From Nitrosospira multiformis ATCC 25196 (GTDB lineage: Bacteria; Pseudomonadota; Gammaproteobacteria; Burkholderiales; Nitrosomonadaceae), in NCBI RefSeq assembly GCF_000196355.1, contig NC_007614.1, positions 1,740,001 to 1,772,000 of the forward strand: DNA of 32,000 bases, written 5' to 3'. Positions within the stretch are counted from its first letter, which is position 1; every line of letters starts with the position of its first letter. The position numbers were made by a program, and so were the translations under genes. The notes under the pieces are model-generated. The model saw nothing but the letters and a program-made list of their open reading frames with translations. It was not told the DNA's origin and made no database searches. This document shows, in pieces, positions 17,840 through 28,094 of the stretch.

Positions 17840-18105
17840 TTATTGTCCGATACGAGAGCGGAGCGCCATTCGCCAACGTATTACATAACGGATAATTCGA
17901 ATTTACCCGAAACCTGTCTGATAGCTTGAAGAAAGCCTATCACCTTCGCCCCAAGATAATGGCGGCAGTACCAATAGTAAGTACTGCTGGATCTTGGAGC
18001 GAAGCACGATACTTCAATGCATGTGGTTCGCTGCAATTCTCATATGGCTGGACACACCGGCACGAATCGGACGTACAGCCATACGGCAATAGCAACCGGG
18101 GTTGA

Positions 18106-19230
18106 TTACTTCAACTGCTCATACAGCAATTTCAATATACGCTTTGCGTCACTGGAATCCTCCGCCACCCCATCCTTGTTCAACACGGTGACGTCGGTAT
18201 TGGTCCCCGCTTCGCTTAGCTGGATGCGGTATTGACCCGGCTTATCGCTATCCTCGTCCCGCCAGAATGCAAGCTTCGAAAGCAAACCGGTCCCTGCACC
18301 GTTTTCTGCCTCCGGATTTACATAGCGCACAAAGTAAACACCCTGAGAGCGGTTTCGGTCTTCAACGGTAAATCCGATACGATCCAACGCCAGTCCGACG
18401 CGCCGCCACGATCGGTCAAATGCTTCGGTTACGGTCAGTATCCCGCCTTTTTCACCATTGAGGCGTGCACGCTCCTGAACGCCTGTGCTCGCCACTGCGC
18501 TTCTGGCGCGCTCCTCCGTCACGCCAAAGCGCATCATCAAACGGGAAAGCATCTCCGCTTCCAGATCAGGATCAGAGGGACGAGGCTGCCATACAGTGCG
18601 TACGTTGGCGCCCTCGATCACTTCATCCATGCCGCGATGGCTGATATAGATCTCCGTAGTGCCATTTTCACCGCGCTCCAGCCGCGTGCGAAACTTGTCA
18701 CGCTCGCCCGTTGAATACAAGCTGTCCAGAAGCTTGCCGAGCGTATTCCGAAGAATATCTTCGGGAATTTTGGCGCGGTTTTCCGCCCAGTCCGTTTCCA
18801 TCACGCCCGCTTCCGGCATTTCGATCTTGATGAGAAAGCCCAGTTCCTGCCAGAAATCCCTGACGATCGGCCATATTTCCTCCGGTTCGCCATTTACAAC
18901 CAGCCAGCGCTGGGTCCCGGAACGTTCCATCCGTACCCCGGCCTCATCCATCGAGGGCAGGATGGGAGTTCCCCCGGCGGTGATACCTGCCGTCTTGCTG
19001 CGCTCCTTGTTGTAAGCGGAAAAAGTCGCAACCCCGGTGGGACTGATATCCGGAACATGATAACGCTCATCCGAACCCGGCGCGGTCAGATCAGGTGGAA
19101 TTTCCAGAGGTGGAAGTTTGCCCGCCGATTTATAATTGATCTTTTTAGCTTCCGGCAAAATCTCCGAGAAAACACTACATCCTGCAACGGCCGCTGCCAG
19201 GCACAGCGCAGCCATTATCTGCGATCTCAT
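18106..19230 (-). CDS. bamC: Outer-membrane protein assembly factor BamC (lipoprotein)
   Basis: MRSQIMAALCLAAAVAGCSVFSE lipobox; DLTAPGSDERYHVPD...ATFSAYNKE; downstream of dapA as in the usual dapA-bamC arrangement. The ORF track start 19419 is an overextension into dapA. Confidence 0.87.
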   Translation of the reverse strand: MRSQIMAALCLAAAVAGCSVFSEILPEAKKINYKSAGKLPPLEIPPDLTAPGSDERYHVPDISPTGVATFSAYNKERSKTAGITAGGTPILPSMDEAGVRMERSGTQRWLVVNGEPEEIWPIVRDFWQELGFLIKIEMPEAGVMETDWAENRAKIPEDILRNTLGKLLDSLYSTGERDKFRTRLERGENGTTEIYISHRGMDEVIEGANVRTVWQPRPSDPDLEAEMLSRLMMRFGVTEERARSAVASTGVQERARLNGEKGGILTVTEAFDRSWRRVGLALDRIGFTVEDRNRSQGVYFVRYVNPEAENGAGTGLLSKLAFWRDEDSDKPGQYRIQLSEAGTNTDVTVLNKDGVAEDSSDAKRILKLLYEQLK

Positions 19231-19286
19231 GTGTAATACTTGATTCCTGAAAATCCTGCTCCCGGCTCTCGAATTCGGGCAGTCAT

Positions 19287-20189
19287 TTAAACAGATATCG
19301 CCAAATCGATTCCCGCCTCGCTCATCGCTTCCCTGAGAGTCTGATGATATCGATTCGACAACGGTGTGAGTGGCAACCGCAACCCCTCGCCTATCAATCC
19401 CATTTGCGCAACCGCCCATTTCACAGGAATAGGATTGGCCTCTATGAATAAATCCAGATGCAATCTCAAAAGCTTTCTGTTTGCAGCGCGGGCAGCAGCC
19501 AGGTCACCGGCAAATGCCGCAATGCACATCTCATGCATGAGCTTCGGCGCCACGTTGGCGGTGACGGAAATAACGCCATGCCCGCCGAGCAGCAACAAAG
19601 CCAGGGCACTGGCATCATCGCCGCTATAGATTGCAAAATCTTCGGGAGCACGGCACAACAGATCGAATCCGCGACCGATATCACCCGTTGCATCCTTGAT
19701 TCCGACAATGTTGGGAATTTGCGCAAGACGAAGGACCGTATCGTTGGCAATATCTGCCACCGTCCTGCCGGGCACGTTGTATAGTATCTGCGGTATATCC
19801 ACAGCCTCCGCCACCGCTCTGAAATGCTGGTATAAACCCTCCTGCGTGGGCTTGTTGTAATACGGTACAACCGACAGGCTTGCATCCGCTCCCGCATTCT
19901 TCGCATAGATGGAAAGGTCAATTGCCTCGCGCGTGGAATTGGCTCCGGTTCCCGCAATTACCGGTACCCGCCCTGCCGCCTGCTCCACTGCGGTTTTGAT
20001 CAACAGATGGTGCTCTTCGAAATCCACGGTCGGTGATTCGCCGGTGGTTCCTACCACCACGATACCATCGGTCCCTTCCGTCACATGAAAGTCGATCAAG
20101 GATTGGAAGCGCTCCAGATCCAGTTCGCCATTTTCATGCATCGGGGTGACAATGGCGACCAGACTGCCTTTTATTGCGACGTTATCCAT
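19287..20189 (-). CDS. dapA: 4-hydroxy-tetrahydrodipicolinate synthase
   Basis: [55 protein letters not shown]...[14 protein letters not shown]...LYNVPGRT...GIKDATGD. Confidence 0.96.
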   Translation of the reverse strand: MDNVAIKGSLVAIVTPMHENGELDLERFQSLIDFHVTEGTDGIVVVGTTGESPTVDFEEHHLLIKTAVEQAAGRVPVIAGTGANSTREAIDLSIYAKNAGADASLSVVPYYNKPTQEGLYQHFRAVAEAVDIPQILYNVPGRTVADIANDTVLRLAQIPNIVGIKDATGDIGRGFDLLCRAPEDFAIYSGDDASALALLLLGGHGVISVTANVAPKLMHEMCIAAFAGDLAAARAANRKLLRLHLDLFIEANPIPVKWAVAQMGLIGEGLRLPLTPLSNRYHQTLREAMSEAGIDLAISV

Positions 20190-20427
20190 GACGCGACTCG
20201 AAAAAAACTCCTATTTTACCTGAATCCGGCACCCGCAAAGTATATTCGCGACGGTACAGGTCGCGTTGTCAGACAGCGCCGGGAGAAGCGGGTTCCCGAC
20301 ACCTTGGATGAATCCGATGAGAGTCGGACGATGGTACTGTAAAGCTGCTCCCTTCCCTCTCCCTCTCCCACTGGCTAAACAGGCGGGAGAGGATCGGGAA
20401 GAAAGTCTTTGGTTGCCGGAAATCGCC

Positions 20428-23037
20428 TCAAGCCGGTACGGATTCCCTTGCCTTCGAGAAAGTGATCACGCCATTTTTCGCATCGACTGTGATGGTATCC
20501 TTCGCAGCGAAGTGACCTTCGAGAATTTCCTTTGCCAAGGGGTTCTCGATCTGGCCCTGTATCGCGCGCTTGAGAGGCCGGGCACCGAACACTGGATCGA
20601 ATCCCGCCTGGGCCACTTCTGCAAGTGCAGCATCCGTCACCTTAAGATGCATCTCAAGTTTTGCCAGGCGCCTTTCCAGTTGCTGCAGCTGTATCCGCGC
20701 GATGGATTTGATATGCTTCTCATCCAGCGCATGGAACACCACCACCTCGTCAATCCGGTTAATGAATTCCGGGCGGAAATATGCCTTCACCTCGCCCATG
20801 ACCGCCAGCTTGATGACCTGGTAATCATCTCCTGCCATCTGCTGGATCATTTGCGAACCGAGGTTTGAAGTCATGACGATAACGGTGTTCTTGAAGTCCA
20901 CCGTGCGTCCCTGCCCGTCTGTCATGCGGCCGTCATCCAGCACCTGCAACAAGACGTTGAATACGTCGGGATGCGCCTTCTCCACTTCATCCAGCAGAAT
21001 AACCGCGTAGGGTTTTCGTCGTACGGCTTCCGTCAGATAGCCGCCTTCCTCGTAGCCCACATACCCCGGCGGAGCGCCAATAAGCCGCGCAACCGAATGT
21101 TTTTCCATGAACTCCGACATGTCGATGCGGATCATGTGCTCTTCCGAATCGAACAGAAATCCTGCCAGCGCCCTGCATAACTCGGTCTTACCCACCCCTG
21201 TCGGCCCCAGGAACAGAAAAGAGCCATAAGGGCGGTTCGGATCAGCCAGACCTGCGCGCGACCGGCGAATGGCATCCGACACCAGCCGTACCGCTTCATC
21301 CTGCCCCACTACGCGCTCGTGCAGCTTCTCCTCCATGTGCAGCAGTTTCTCTCGTTCACCCTGCATCATCTTGGAAACAGGGATGCCGGTAGCGCGCGAA
21401 ACCACTTCTGCGATTTCTTCCGCCCCAACCTGGGTTCGAAGCAGCTTCGGCTTGTTTTGCTCCACGGTCTCCTTCTCAGCCTGCCGATCCTGCATCTGAA
21501 GTTGCGCCTCCAGTTGCGGAAGGCGCCCATATTGCAACTCCGAAACTTTCTGCCAATCTCCTTTGCGCGTCGCCGCCTCGATTTCGAGCTTGACCTTTTC
21601 CATCTCTTCCTTGATATGCTGCGTACCCTGCACCTGGGATTTTTCGGCTTTCCAGATTTCTTCCAGGTCGGCGTATTCGCGCTCGAGTTTGGCTATCTCG
21701 TCTTCCAGTAATGCAAGACGTTTCTGGGACGCCTCATCCTTTTCCTTCTTCACCGCCTCGCGCTCGATCTTGAGTTGTATCAGGCGACGGTCGAGCCTGT
21801 CCATTGCCTCCGGCTTGGAATCGATTTCCATCCGGATGCGGGCTGCGGCTTCATCGATCAGATCAATGGCCTTATCGGGCAGAAAGCGGTCGGTAATATA
21901 ACGATGCGACAGTTCGGCTGCTGCAACAATGGCGGGGTCGGTTATATCCACGCCATGATGCAGCTCGTATCGTTCCTGCAAGCCGCGCAGGATGGCGATG
22001 GTCGCCTCGACCGTCGGCTCTTCCACGAACACTTTCTGGAAACGCCGCTCCAGCGCGGCGTCTTTCTCAATGTATTTGCGGTATTCGTCCAGGGTGGTGG
22101 CACCCACGCAATGCAATTCGCCGCGCGCCAGCGCGGGTTTGAGCATGTTGCCCGCATCGATCGCGCCCTCGGCCTTGCCGGCCCCTACCATGGTATGAAG
22201 CTCGTCTATGAAGACAATAACGCTGCCCCCGGCCTGTGCGATCTCCTTTAGGACAGACTTGAGGCGCTCCTCGAATTCACCCCGGTATTTGGCTCCCGCG
22301 AGCAGCGCGGCCATATCCAGCGAAAGTACTTTCTTGTCCTTGAGGGTTTCCGGCACTTCGCCATTGACGATGCGCTGAGCCAAACCCTCGACAATAGCAG
22401 TCTTGCCCACACCCGGTTCGCCGATCAGCACGGGATTGTTCTTGGTACGGCGTTGCAATACCTGAACAGTACGCCGAATTTCATCATCGCGCCCGATAAC
22501 TGGATCAAGCTTTCCCGCGCGCGCCCGTTCCGTCAGATCGAGCGTGTATTTCTTCAATGCTTCCCGACTGGCTTCGGCCTCAGGATTGCTTACATTCTCG
22601 CCACCGCGCACCTCGTTGATCGCTTGTTCGAGCGCATTGCGACTGGCCCCATTCTGCCTTAGCAGGTTGCCGGTCTCCCCTTTGTCCTGAAGCGCCGCCA
22701 CCAGGAACATCTCCGAAGCAATGAATTGATCACCCCGTTTTTGCGCCTCCTTGTCGGCCAGATTGAGCAGGTTACCCAGATCACGCGAAACGTTGATCTC
22801 TCCACCCGTACCCTCTACTTTAGGAAGGCGTTCAATCGATTTTTTCAGTGCCTCGCGCAGGGGGGGCACATTCGCCCCTGCGCGCTGCAACAACGAAACC
22901 GTGCCTGCGTCTTGCTGTTGCAAAAGTGCGAGCAGTAAATGCTGCGGTTCAATATAAGGGTTGTCCTGACCCACAGCAATGCTCTGCGCATCGGACAACG
23001 CCTGCTGGAATTTTGTAGTTAATTTGTCGAAACGCAT
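20428..23037 (-). CDS. clpB: ATP-dependent disaggregase ClpB
   Basis: 869 aa; N-domain [19 protein letters not shown], Walker [19 protein letters not shown] and [19 protein letters not shown], coiled-coil M domain, [17 protein letters not shown]. Confidence 0.97.
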   Translation of the reverse strand: MRFDKLTTKFQQALSDAQSIAVGQDNPYIEPQHLLLALLQQQDAGTVSLLQRAGANVPPLREALKKSIERLPKVEGTGGEINVSRDLGNLLNLADKEAQKRGDQFIASEMFLVAALQDKGETGNLLRQNGASRNALEQAINEVRGGENVSNPEAEASREALKKYTLDLTERARAGKLDPVIGRDDEIRRTVQVLQRRTKNNPVLIGEPGVGKTAIVEGLAQRIVNGEVPETLKDKKVLSLDMAALLAGAKYRGEFEERLKSVLKEIAQAGGSVIVFIDELHTMVGAGKAEGAIDAGNMLKPALARGELHCVGATTLDEYRKYIEKDAALERRFQKVFVEEPTVEATIAILRGLQERYELHHGVDITDPAIVAAAELSHRYITDRFLPDKAIDLIDEAAARIRMEIDSKPEAMDRLDRRLIQLKIEREAVKKEKDEASQKRLALLEDEIAKLEREYADLEEIWKAEKSQVQGTQHIKEEMEKVKLEIEAATRKGDWQKVSELQYGRLPQLEAQLQMQDRQAEKETVEQNKPKLLRTQVGAEEIAEVVSRATGIPVSKMMQGEREKLLHMEEKLHERVVGQDEAVRLVSDAIRRSRAGLADPNRPYGSFLFLGPTGVGKTELCRALAGFLFDSEEHMIRIDMSEFMEKHSVARLIGAPPGYVGYEEGGYLTEAVRRKPYAVILLDEVEKAHPDVFNVLLQVLDDGRMTDGQGRTVDFKNTVIVMTSNLGSQMIQQMAGDDYQVIKLAVMGEVKAYFRPEFINRIDEVVVFHALDEKHIKSIARIQLQQLERRLAKLEMHLKVTDAALAEVAQAGFDPVFGARPLKRAIQGQIENPLAKEILEGHFAAKDTITVDAKNGVITFSKARESVPA

Positions 23038-23073
23038 GAGAAGCCCTTTATGGGTAGTGAATGATTCTTATAT

Positions 23074-23099
23074 ATATGGGATACGGTAGAATTTTCAAG
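23074..23099 (-). promoter_or_regulatory. Predicted sigma32 (RpoH) heat-shock promoter for clpB
   Basis: Minus strand reads CTTGAAA (23099-23093), 12-nt spacer, CCCATAT (23080-23074), matching the CTTGAAA-N11-16-CCCATnT consensus, about 37 bp upstream of the clpB start. Confidence 0.65.
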
Positions 23100-23176
23100 A
23101 TATCCCCTCACGCGTCCAAATCCTCCGGGAAGATGGAGGATGCAATAAGCAAGCCATAGCTGTATCGCATGCGATG

Positions 23177-24658
23177 TCAAAGCGAAGGTATTTCCGGATA
23201 AGGGTACAAAATGTTGAGAGCCACGCTTTTGCCCGCCGTTTCCACGATGCGCACATGCTCGCGCTTCAATTGGCGGGCGTGGCGCAAGCCGCAGGAGTAG
23301 GCAATCATATCGATTTCCCTGTTCATGTTTCTGGCATAATTGGCAACACGCAGGTATTTCTCCTGCACCACCAGACCCCGCTGCAAACGCCGATTATGGG
23401 TGGTGATACCAGTAGGGCAGGTATTCGTGTGACATCGCATGGCCTGGATACAGCCGAGTGAAAACATGAACCCGCGCGCGGTGTTGACAAAATCCGCGCC
23501 CGCACACAACGCCCACGCCGCCCGTGCCGCTGTCACCAGCTTACCTGCCGCAACCACACGTATGCGGTCTCTCAAGCCGGATTCCAGTAACGCATCCACC
23601 ACTCGTGGTAATGCTTCCGCAATGGGCAGGCTCATATGATCGAACAGCGTCTGGGGGGCGGCCCCGCTGCCCCCTTCGCCGCCATCAATAGTAAGAAAAT
23701 CCGGCGCATATTCGGAACCCCGGCGATTTACTGCGTCGCACAGTTCGTTAATAAAGTGCCATCCCCCGATGGCAGCCTTGACACCCACGGGCCGCCCGGT
23801 GAGATCGCGGATATGAGCAATCTTGTCGAGCAGTTCATCCACATTCCCGATGTCGCGATGACGATCGGGGCTGATTGAATCACGATGAGCAGGAATACCG
23901 CGGATAGCCGAAATTTCATTGGTTACCTTGGTTGCAGGAAGCAATCCTCCCTTACCCGGCTTCGCTCCCTGAGAGAGTTTTATTTCAAATGCCTTGACCA
24001 CCTTCGCAAGTTCCTTTGCCCGCTCCGGTGAAAAATTACCTTCCTGGTCGCGAATACCATACTTTGCAGTACCGATTTGCATGACAATATCGCCACCCCC
24101 TTCCAGATGATAAGGTGAGAGCCCACCTTCCCCTGTGTTCAGCCAGCATCCCGCCTCCGCCGCTCCCAGCGACAACGCGCGGACCGCGGGGGCTGAGATC
24201 GCGCCGTAACTCATTCCACTGATATTGATAATGGATTGCGCATTGAAAGGGTGCTCGCAATAGTCCTCGCCAATCACCAAGGGCGGAGTGGGCAACCGGT
24301 CGCTCTCCAATACGGGGAAAGCGACATTGACGAAAAAAATAGAGCCTGGCTCCCGCAAATCATTGGTCGAACCAAAACCGACGATACCCCCCTCATTCTT
24401 TGCATTCCTGTACACCCATGAGCGGGTAGCGCGATTAAAGGGCATTTCGCCCCGATCACTGGAAAAAAAGTATTGCCGGAAATACTCTCCCTGTTTCTCC
24501 AGGAAAAATCGCAGGCGTCCGATTACTGGATAGTTACGCAGGATGGAATGCTTCTTCTGTGTTACATCCTGAATGAACCAGAATATGACTATGCCTATCA
24601 CGATCAGACCGGCAATCGTGCCGAAACCGTATGAGATTACTTTCAATGCATCAGACAT
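23177..24658 (-). CDS. FMN-binding glutamate synthase family protein
   Basis: MSYGAISAPAVRALSLGAAEAGCWLNTGEGGLSPYH...QLSQGAKPGKGGLLP...TIDGGEGGSGAAPQTLFDHMSLP...CHTNTCPTGITTHNRRLQRGL. Confidence 0.93.
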   Translation of the reverse strand: MSDALKVISYGFGTIAGLIVIGIVIFWFIQDVTQKKHSILRNYPVIGRLRFFLEKQGEYFRQYFFSSDRGEMPFNRATRSWVYRNAKNEGGIVGFGSTNDLREPGSIFFVNVAFPVLESDRLPTPPLVIGEDYCEHPFNAQSIINISGMSYGAISAPAVRALSLGAAEAGCWLNTGEGGLSPYHLEGGGDIVMQIGTAKYGIRDQEGNFSPERAKELAKVVKAFEIKLSQGAKPGKGGLLPATKVTNEISAIRGIPAHRDSISPDRHRDIGNVDELLDKIAHIRDLTGRPVGVKAAIGGWHFINELCDAVNRRGSEYAPDFLTIDGGEGGSGAAPQTLFDHMSLPIAEALPRVVDALLESGLRDRIRVVAAGKLVTAARAAWALCAGADFVNTARGFMFSLGCIQAMRCHTNTCPTGITTHNRRLQRGLVVQEKYLRVANYARNMNREIDMIAYSCGLRHARQLKREHVRIVETAGKSVALNILYPYPEIPSL

Positions 24659-24702
24659 GATGCCTCCGTATCACATTCAGCTAAAATACTCCATTCGTTC
24701 CG

Positions 24703-25587
24703 GTGAACATAATAAAAATGTTTTACGATCATTTCACGTATCTGGAAACCGAAGTCAAGAATAACGTCAGCCAGGCGCTGCTCGAAGATGTGGGTGCAGG
24801 TGATCTCACCGCCAGCCTTGTTCCCTGTGACGAAACTGCGACCGCTACTGTGATCAGTCGTAAAGAGGCTGTGATGTGTGGAAGCCGCTGGTTTGAGGAA
24901 TGTTTTCGGCAACTGGAACCGCATGTCGAAGTGCGCTGGCATACGCGGGACGGCGAAACAGTCGGTGCCGGGCAGAAACTTTGTGCAGTGAAGGGTACTG
25001 CCAGGGCACTGCTGACAGGTGAACGGACAGCTCTCAATTTTCTGCAACTGCTTTCGGCTGTCTCCACCCAGACCCGGAGTTACGTGAATGCAATATCCGG
25101 AACGGGTGCAGTCATCGTCGATACCCGCAAGACCTTGCCGGGATTACGGCTGGCGCAAAAATATGCGGTTAAATGCGGGGGGGGAACAAACCACCGGATC
25201 GGTTTATATGATGGCATTCTGATCAAGGAAAACCATATCATGGCTGCCGGCGGTATTGAACCGGCACTGCGTGCAGCAAGGAGAATTGCCGCCCGGGGAA
25301 TATTCATTCAGATCGAAGTGGAAACACTTCAAGACCTTCGTACCGCCTTGGATGCCGGAGCGACGTTGATACTGCTGGATAACTTCGACCTGGAAGAACT
25401 GAGGGAAGCAGTAGTATTGAACGCGCGGCTAACCAATAAAGGCGCAGTGCTGGAAGCCTCCGGCGGAATCACGCTCGACAATGTCCGCGCAGTAGCCAGA
25501 ACCGGTGTGGACCGCATCTCCATCGGCGGCCTTACCAAGGATATAAAGGCCATAGACCTGTCGATGCGGTTTTCTTCCCGTAGTTGA
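24703..25587 (+). CDS. nadC: Nicotinate-nucleotide pyrophosphorylase (carboxylating) / quinolinate phosphoribosyltransferase
   Basis: LLEDVGAGDLTASLVP...GERTALNFLQLLSAVSTQTRSYV...VDTRKTLPGLRLAQKYAVKCGGGTNHRIGLYDGILIKENHI...EVETLQDL...ILLDNF. Confidence 0.96.
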   Translation: MNIIKMFYDHFTYLETEVKNNVSQALLEDVGAGDLTASLVPCDETATATVISRKEAVMCGSRWFEECFRQLEPHVEVRWHTRDGETVGAGQKLCAVKGTARALLTGERTALNFLQLLSAVSTQTRSYVNAISGTGAVIVDTRKTLPGLRLAQKYAVKCGGGTNHRIGLYDGILIKENHIMAAGGIEPALRAARRIAARGIFIQIEVETLQDLRTALDAGATLILLDNFDLEELREAVVLNARLTNKGAVLEASGGITLDNVRAVARTGVDRISIGGLTKDIKAIDLSMRFSSRS

Positions 25588-25661
25588 CATGACCCCGCGA
25601 CAGGCGCAGTAGTCGCCTAATCAACCCATGGGTGAAAGAAAATAGCGAAAGGGGAGGAAAT

Positions 25662-25685
25662 CCCATGTCTCTTTCATGGGTTTTT
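25662..25685. terminator. Candidate intrinsic terminator between converging nadC and acyltransferase genes
   Basis: CCCATG-TCTCTTT-CATGGG followed by TTTTT on the plus strand. Confidence 0.55.
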
Positions 25686-25714
25686 GAGGGGCTTGAGAGT
25701 CTCCGAGCGGGAGA

Positions 25715-26908
25715 TTAGCCGGCACTCCCGCCCAATTCGTCGTGAACAATTGCCTTTCGCGGTTTTTGTGGTAACAGCAACTTTGACAACCATCGCTGGC
25801 GCTTCGCCATCTCCCACAGGAGCAAAGACATCCCGATACTCCATGCAAGACTCACAATGCTGTTTAGATACATATAAGGACTGATATGGCGCAGCGCGAC
25901 AAACGCCCGGGTTTGCAGGAAGCCATGAAAGATCAGGATAAAAAGTGTCCCCGATCCCAGATATGCCAGCGGTTTTCTGAAGAATGAAAAATTTTGCAGT
26001 AAGGAAGCGATACTGAACGTTATATATATTCCTGTCGCCGCCTCCATGGTCGATACAATCGCACTATCGTATACCCTTTCATTAAGATCAATGGTGTCAT
26101 CAAAATAAAAGTGCAGAGCAACAAACACCCCAGCAGATATAAATAAGCCGGGCAAGCTGAATTTCATCGATTTCGCGGGCTCGGCGAGCAGATATCCGAA
26201 GATAATGAAGGAAGATGTTATCGGAATAAGATCGGCGCCCCAGGGAAGTCCCAGGAATCGTCCTGGTCCCATAAGGCTGGCGGCTATTGCCGTAGGGTGA
26301 TGATAGGCATCGATAGAACTTATGCCCACCCCTAAGAGCAGAAGAGCAACTGACACTATCCATACCTTGTTGTCCGTGCAGGCTTCAATTGTCCTCAAAA
26401 TGATGAGGGATGCGATCAACGAAATAAAAAGATGCGGTAAAAACCATAGGGCAATCCACTCGATCGTATCCCCGGTCCCATAAAGCAGGCCTATAAAATA
26501 ACTGATGCCGCTCATCCCAGCTTCGCCGCCTCCACCTAGTTCGGCCCTCAGCATCTTGAGTACACCCAGGGCTGTCAGGACAACGAAATAGGGTTTCAGT
26601 AAGGATCCTGCCCGGCCTATTGCGAAACGCAGGATTCCGTCCGGTGCTCTCAAGAATATTCCTGCCAGGAAGAAAAACAAAGGCATGTGAAATGAGAAAA
26701 TAACTATATGGAGTTCGTTTTTCTCATGGGTTGACAGCCAATTATGTCCGAGTACGACAAAAAATATGCCGATTCCTTTTGCCACGTCGATTGTGCTATT
26801 GCGGGTCGTCATAACAAATAGCCGTCTGGAATAATGTGCATCGGTGGGAAATAGTTCCGGCAGGGCGGGGTAACGCATTGCCCCTGAATCGCTATTGCTT
26901 TTAGACAA
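25715..26908 (-). CDS. Acyltransferase family membrane protein (OafA/acyltransferase-3 / fucose 4-O-acetylase-like)
   Basis: TIDVAKGIGIFFVVLGHNWLSTHEKNELHIVIFSFHMPLFFFLAGIFL, multi-TM; ATG 26812 is a more likely start than 26908. Confidence 0.85.
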   Translation of the reverse strand: MSKSNSDSGAMRYPALPELFPTDAHYSRRLFVMTTRNSTIDVAKGIGIFFVVLGHNWLSTHEKNELHIVIFSFHMPLFFFLAGIFLRAPDGILRFAIGRAGSLLKPYFVVLTALGVLKMLRAELGGGGEAGMSGISYFIGLLYGTGDTIEWIALWFLPHLFISLIASLIILRTIEACTDNKVWIVSVALLLLGVGISSIDAYHHPTAIAASLMGPGRFLGLPWGADLIPITSSFIIFGYLLAEPAKSMKFSLPGLFISAGVFVALHFYFDDTIDLNERVYDSAIVSTMEAATGIYITFSIASLLQNFSFFRKPLAYLGSGTLFILIFHGFLQTRAFVALRHISPYMYLNSIVSLAWSIGMSLLLWEMAKRQRWLSKLLLPQKPRKAIVHDELGGSAG

Positions 26909-26997
26909 GAACTGCGGGATCAGATTCGAGATTGAAATATGTCAGCAACTGTTGAAAACTTTAGCGCTGATCACAGCAAGTCCGAAATCAATAGGAT

Positions 26998-27068
26998 CAG
27001 AGTCAATTGATCTTAAATGAGGTGATCGATCATTCTTTTTCTAATGATCAATCGAGTCTGACCTCATT
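26998..27068. repeat. Nested inverted-repeat element (REP/MITE-like)
   Basis: 15-nt arms CAGAGTCAATTGATC (26998-27012) / GATCAATCGAGTCTG (27046-27060), 13/15 complementary; AATGAGGT (27016-27023) / ACCTCATT (27061-27068) perfect; GATCATT (27028-27034) / AATGATC (27043-27049) perfect. Confidence 0.6.
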
Positions 27069-27081
27069 AAAATCCATATTA

Positions 27082-27987
27082 TTAAAGCAAGATAATATTG
27101 TCCAGCAGGGGCAACACAACTGATTCCTGCCCTTCTCCAGTATCGGTGCTCAAGGCACCAAGGGGCCACTTGGGAAGATGCACCAGAGGTACGACAAATT
27201 CAGGAGGTTGGCCGCCTTCAGGCTCGCTGAGACCGAACAGAAACAGGCGTGCGGGCGCCCAGGCGTCGTTACCCTTGATACTTAACCTGATCGAGTCAGC
27301 GTTCAGCTCAGCCCTTGTAAAAGGAATATCGACCGAGGCGAAATAAAAATTTGCCTGGGCCTGTTCCAGGTCATCCTGAGAAGTATCAGGAAAAACATGA
27401 TCTACGGCCACACGGCCATCAGCGGTGGTAATCCGAAGCGCGATATCGTCGTCGGTGCCGGCATTATCTACATCAGCGGTCGTCAAGAGTATGAGCAATC
27501 GTCGAATAACTACCGTTTGGTCTCCCAGTTGAACGCGTGCAGGAGCAAAGGAAAGCTTGCCTTCACCAGAGTCCGTGCTGAGGGCCACACCCACCAACTG
27601 ACCCGCAATTCCCGCATCCCCTTGCAACTCGGTATTCAGGGCAAGGGGAACGATCAATCCATCTTTTTGTTCCCCCCAGATGAATACACTTTTGGGACGC
27701 CACATGTCGTTGCCCCGGATACCGATGCGTATGGAGGAAGCATTCAGGTCCTGAGGATCGACCGTAGAACCGACAAAGGGCTGCGGCTCGAAGTCATCTT
27801 CTGTTATTTCATAGAGATTCGCTTGTCCTTGTTCCTGGTCGTTCTGCTCTGTATCAGGAAATGTGCGGTGCAAGACATCGAATCTGCCGCCTCTTACATT
27901 GATAATTAACACGATGGAACTGTCGGTACCGGAATCATCCGAATCGTCAGTCAGCATTCCGAACCATACGGTTTTAAGATCTGACAT
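27082..27987 (-). CDS. Hypothetical protein with two tandem copies of an acidic beta-rich domain
   Basis: 301 aa; copy 1 (about aa 6-150) and copy 2 (about aa 160-295) share DSGTD/NAGTDDDI, FPDTxQxDxEQxQANxY, LNAxSIRxxIxGNDxWxP and ALSTDxGEG motifs. Confidence 0.8.
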   Translation of the reverse strand: MSDLKTVWFGMLTDDSDDSGTDSSIVLIINVRGGRFDVLHRTFPDTEQNDQEQGQANLYEITEDDFEPQPFVGSTVDPQDLNASSIRIGIRGNDMWRPKSVFIWGEQKDGLIVPLALNTELQGDAGIAGQLVGVALSTDSGEGKLSFAPARVQLGDQTVVIRRLLILLTTADVDNAGTDDDIALRITTADGRVAVDHVFPDTSQDDLEQAQANFYFASVDIPFTRAELNADSIRLSIKGNDAWAPARLFLFGLSEPEGGQPPEFVVPLVHLPKWPLGALSTDTGEGQESVVLPLLDNIILL

Positions 27988-28094
27988 GATTGCTCCTCGC
28001 TTTATATATGAATATCAAGATCTGTTTTAAATATAGCGCCTCAGTTCATCTTGAGAAGCTTGAATCCAAACCTAGATTCTTGCCTTATGGCCGG

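Noticed and set aside
18106-19419. 437-aa extended ORF for BamC
   Set aside because: Residues upstream of 19230 overlap the dapA 3' end and precede the lipoprotein signal; true start is MRSQIMAALCLAAAVAGC at 19230.
20570-22662. Plus-strand ORFs such as 21319..21711, 21563..21901 and 21775..22251
   Set aside because: Antisense to conserved clpB sequence, with low-complexity Ser/Leu-rich translations.
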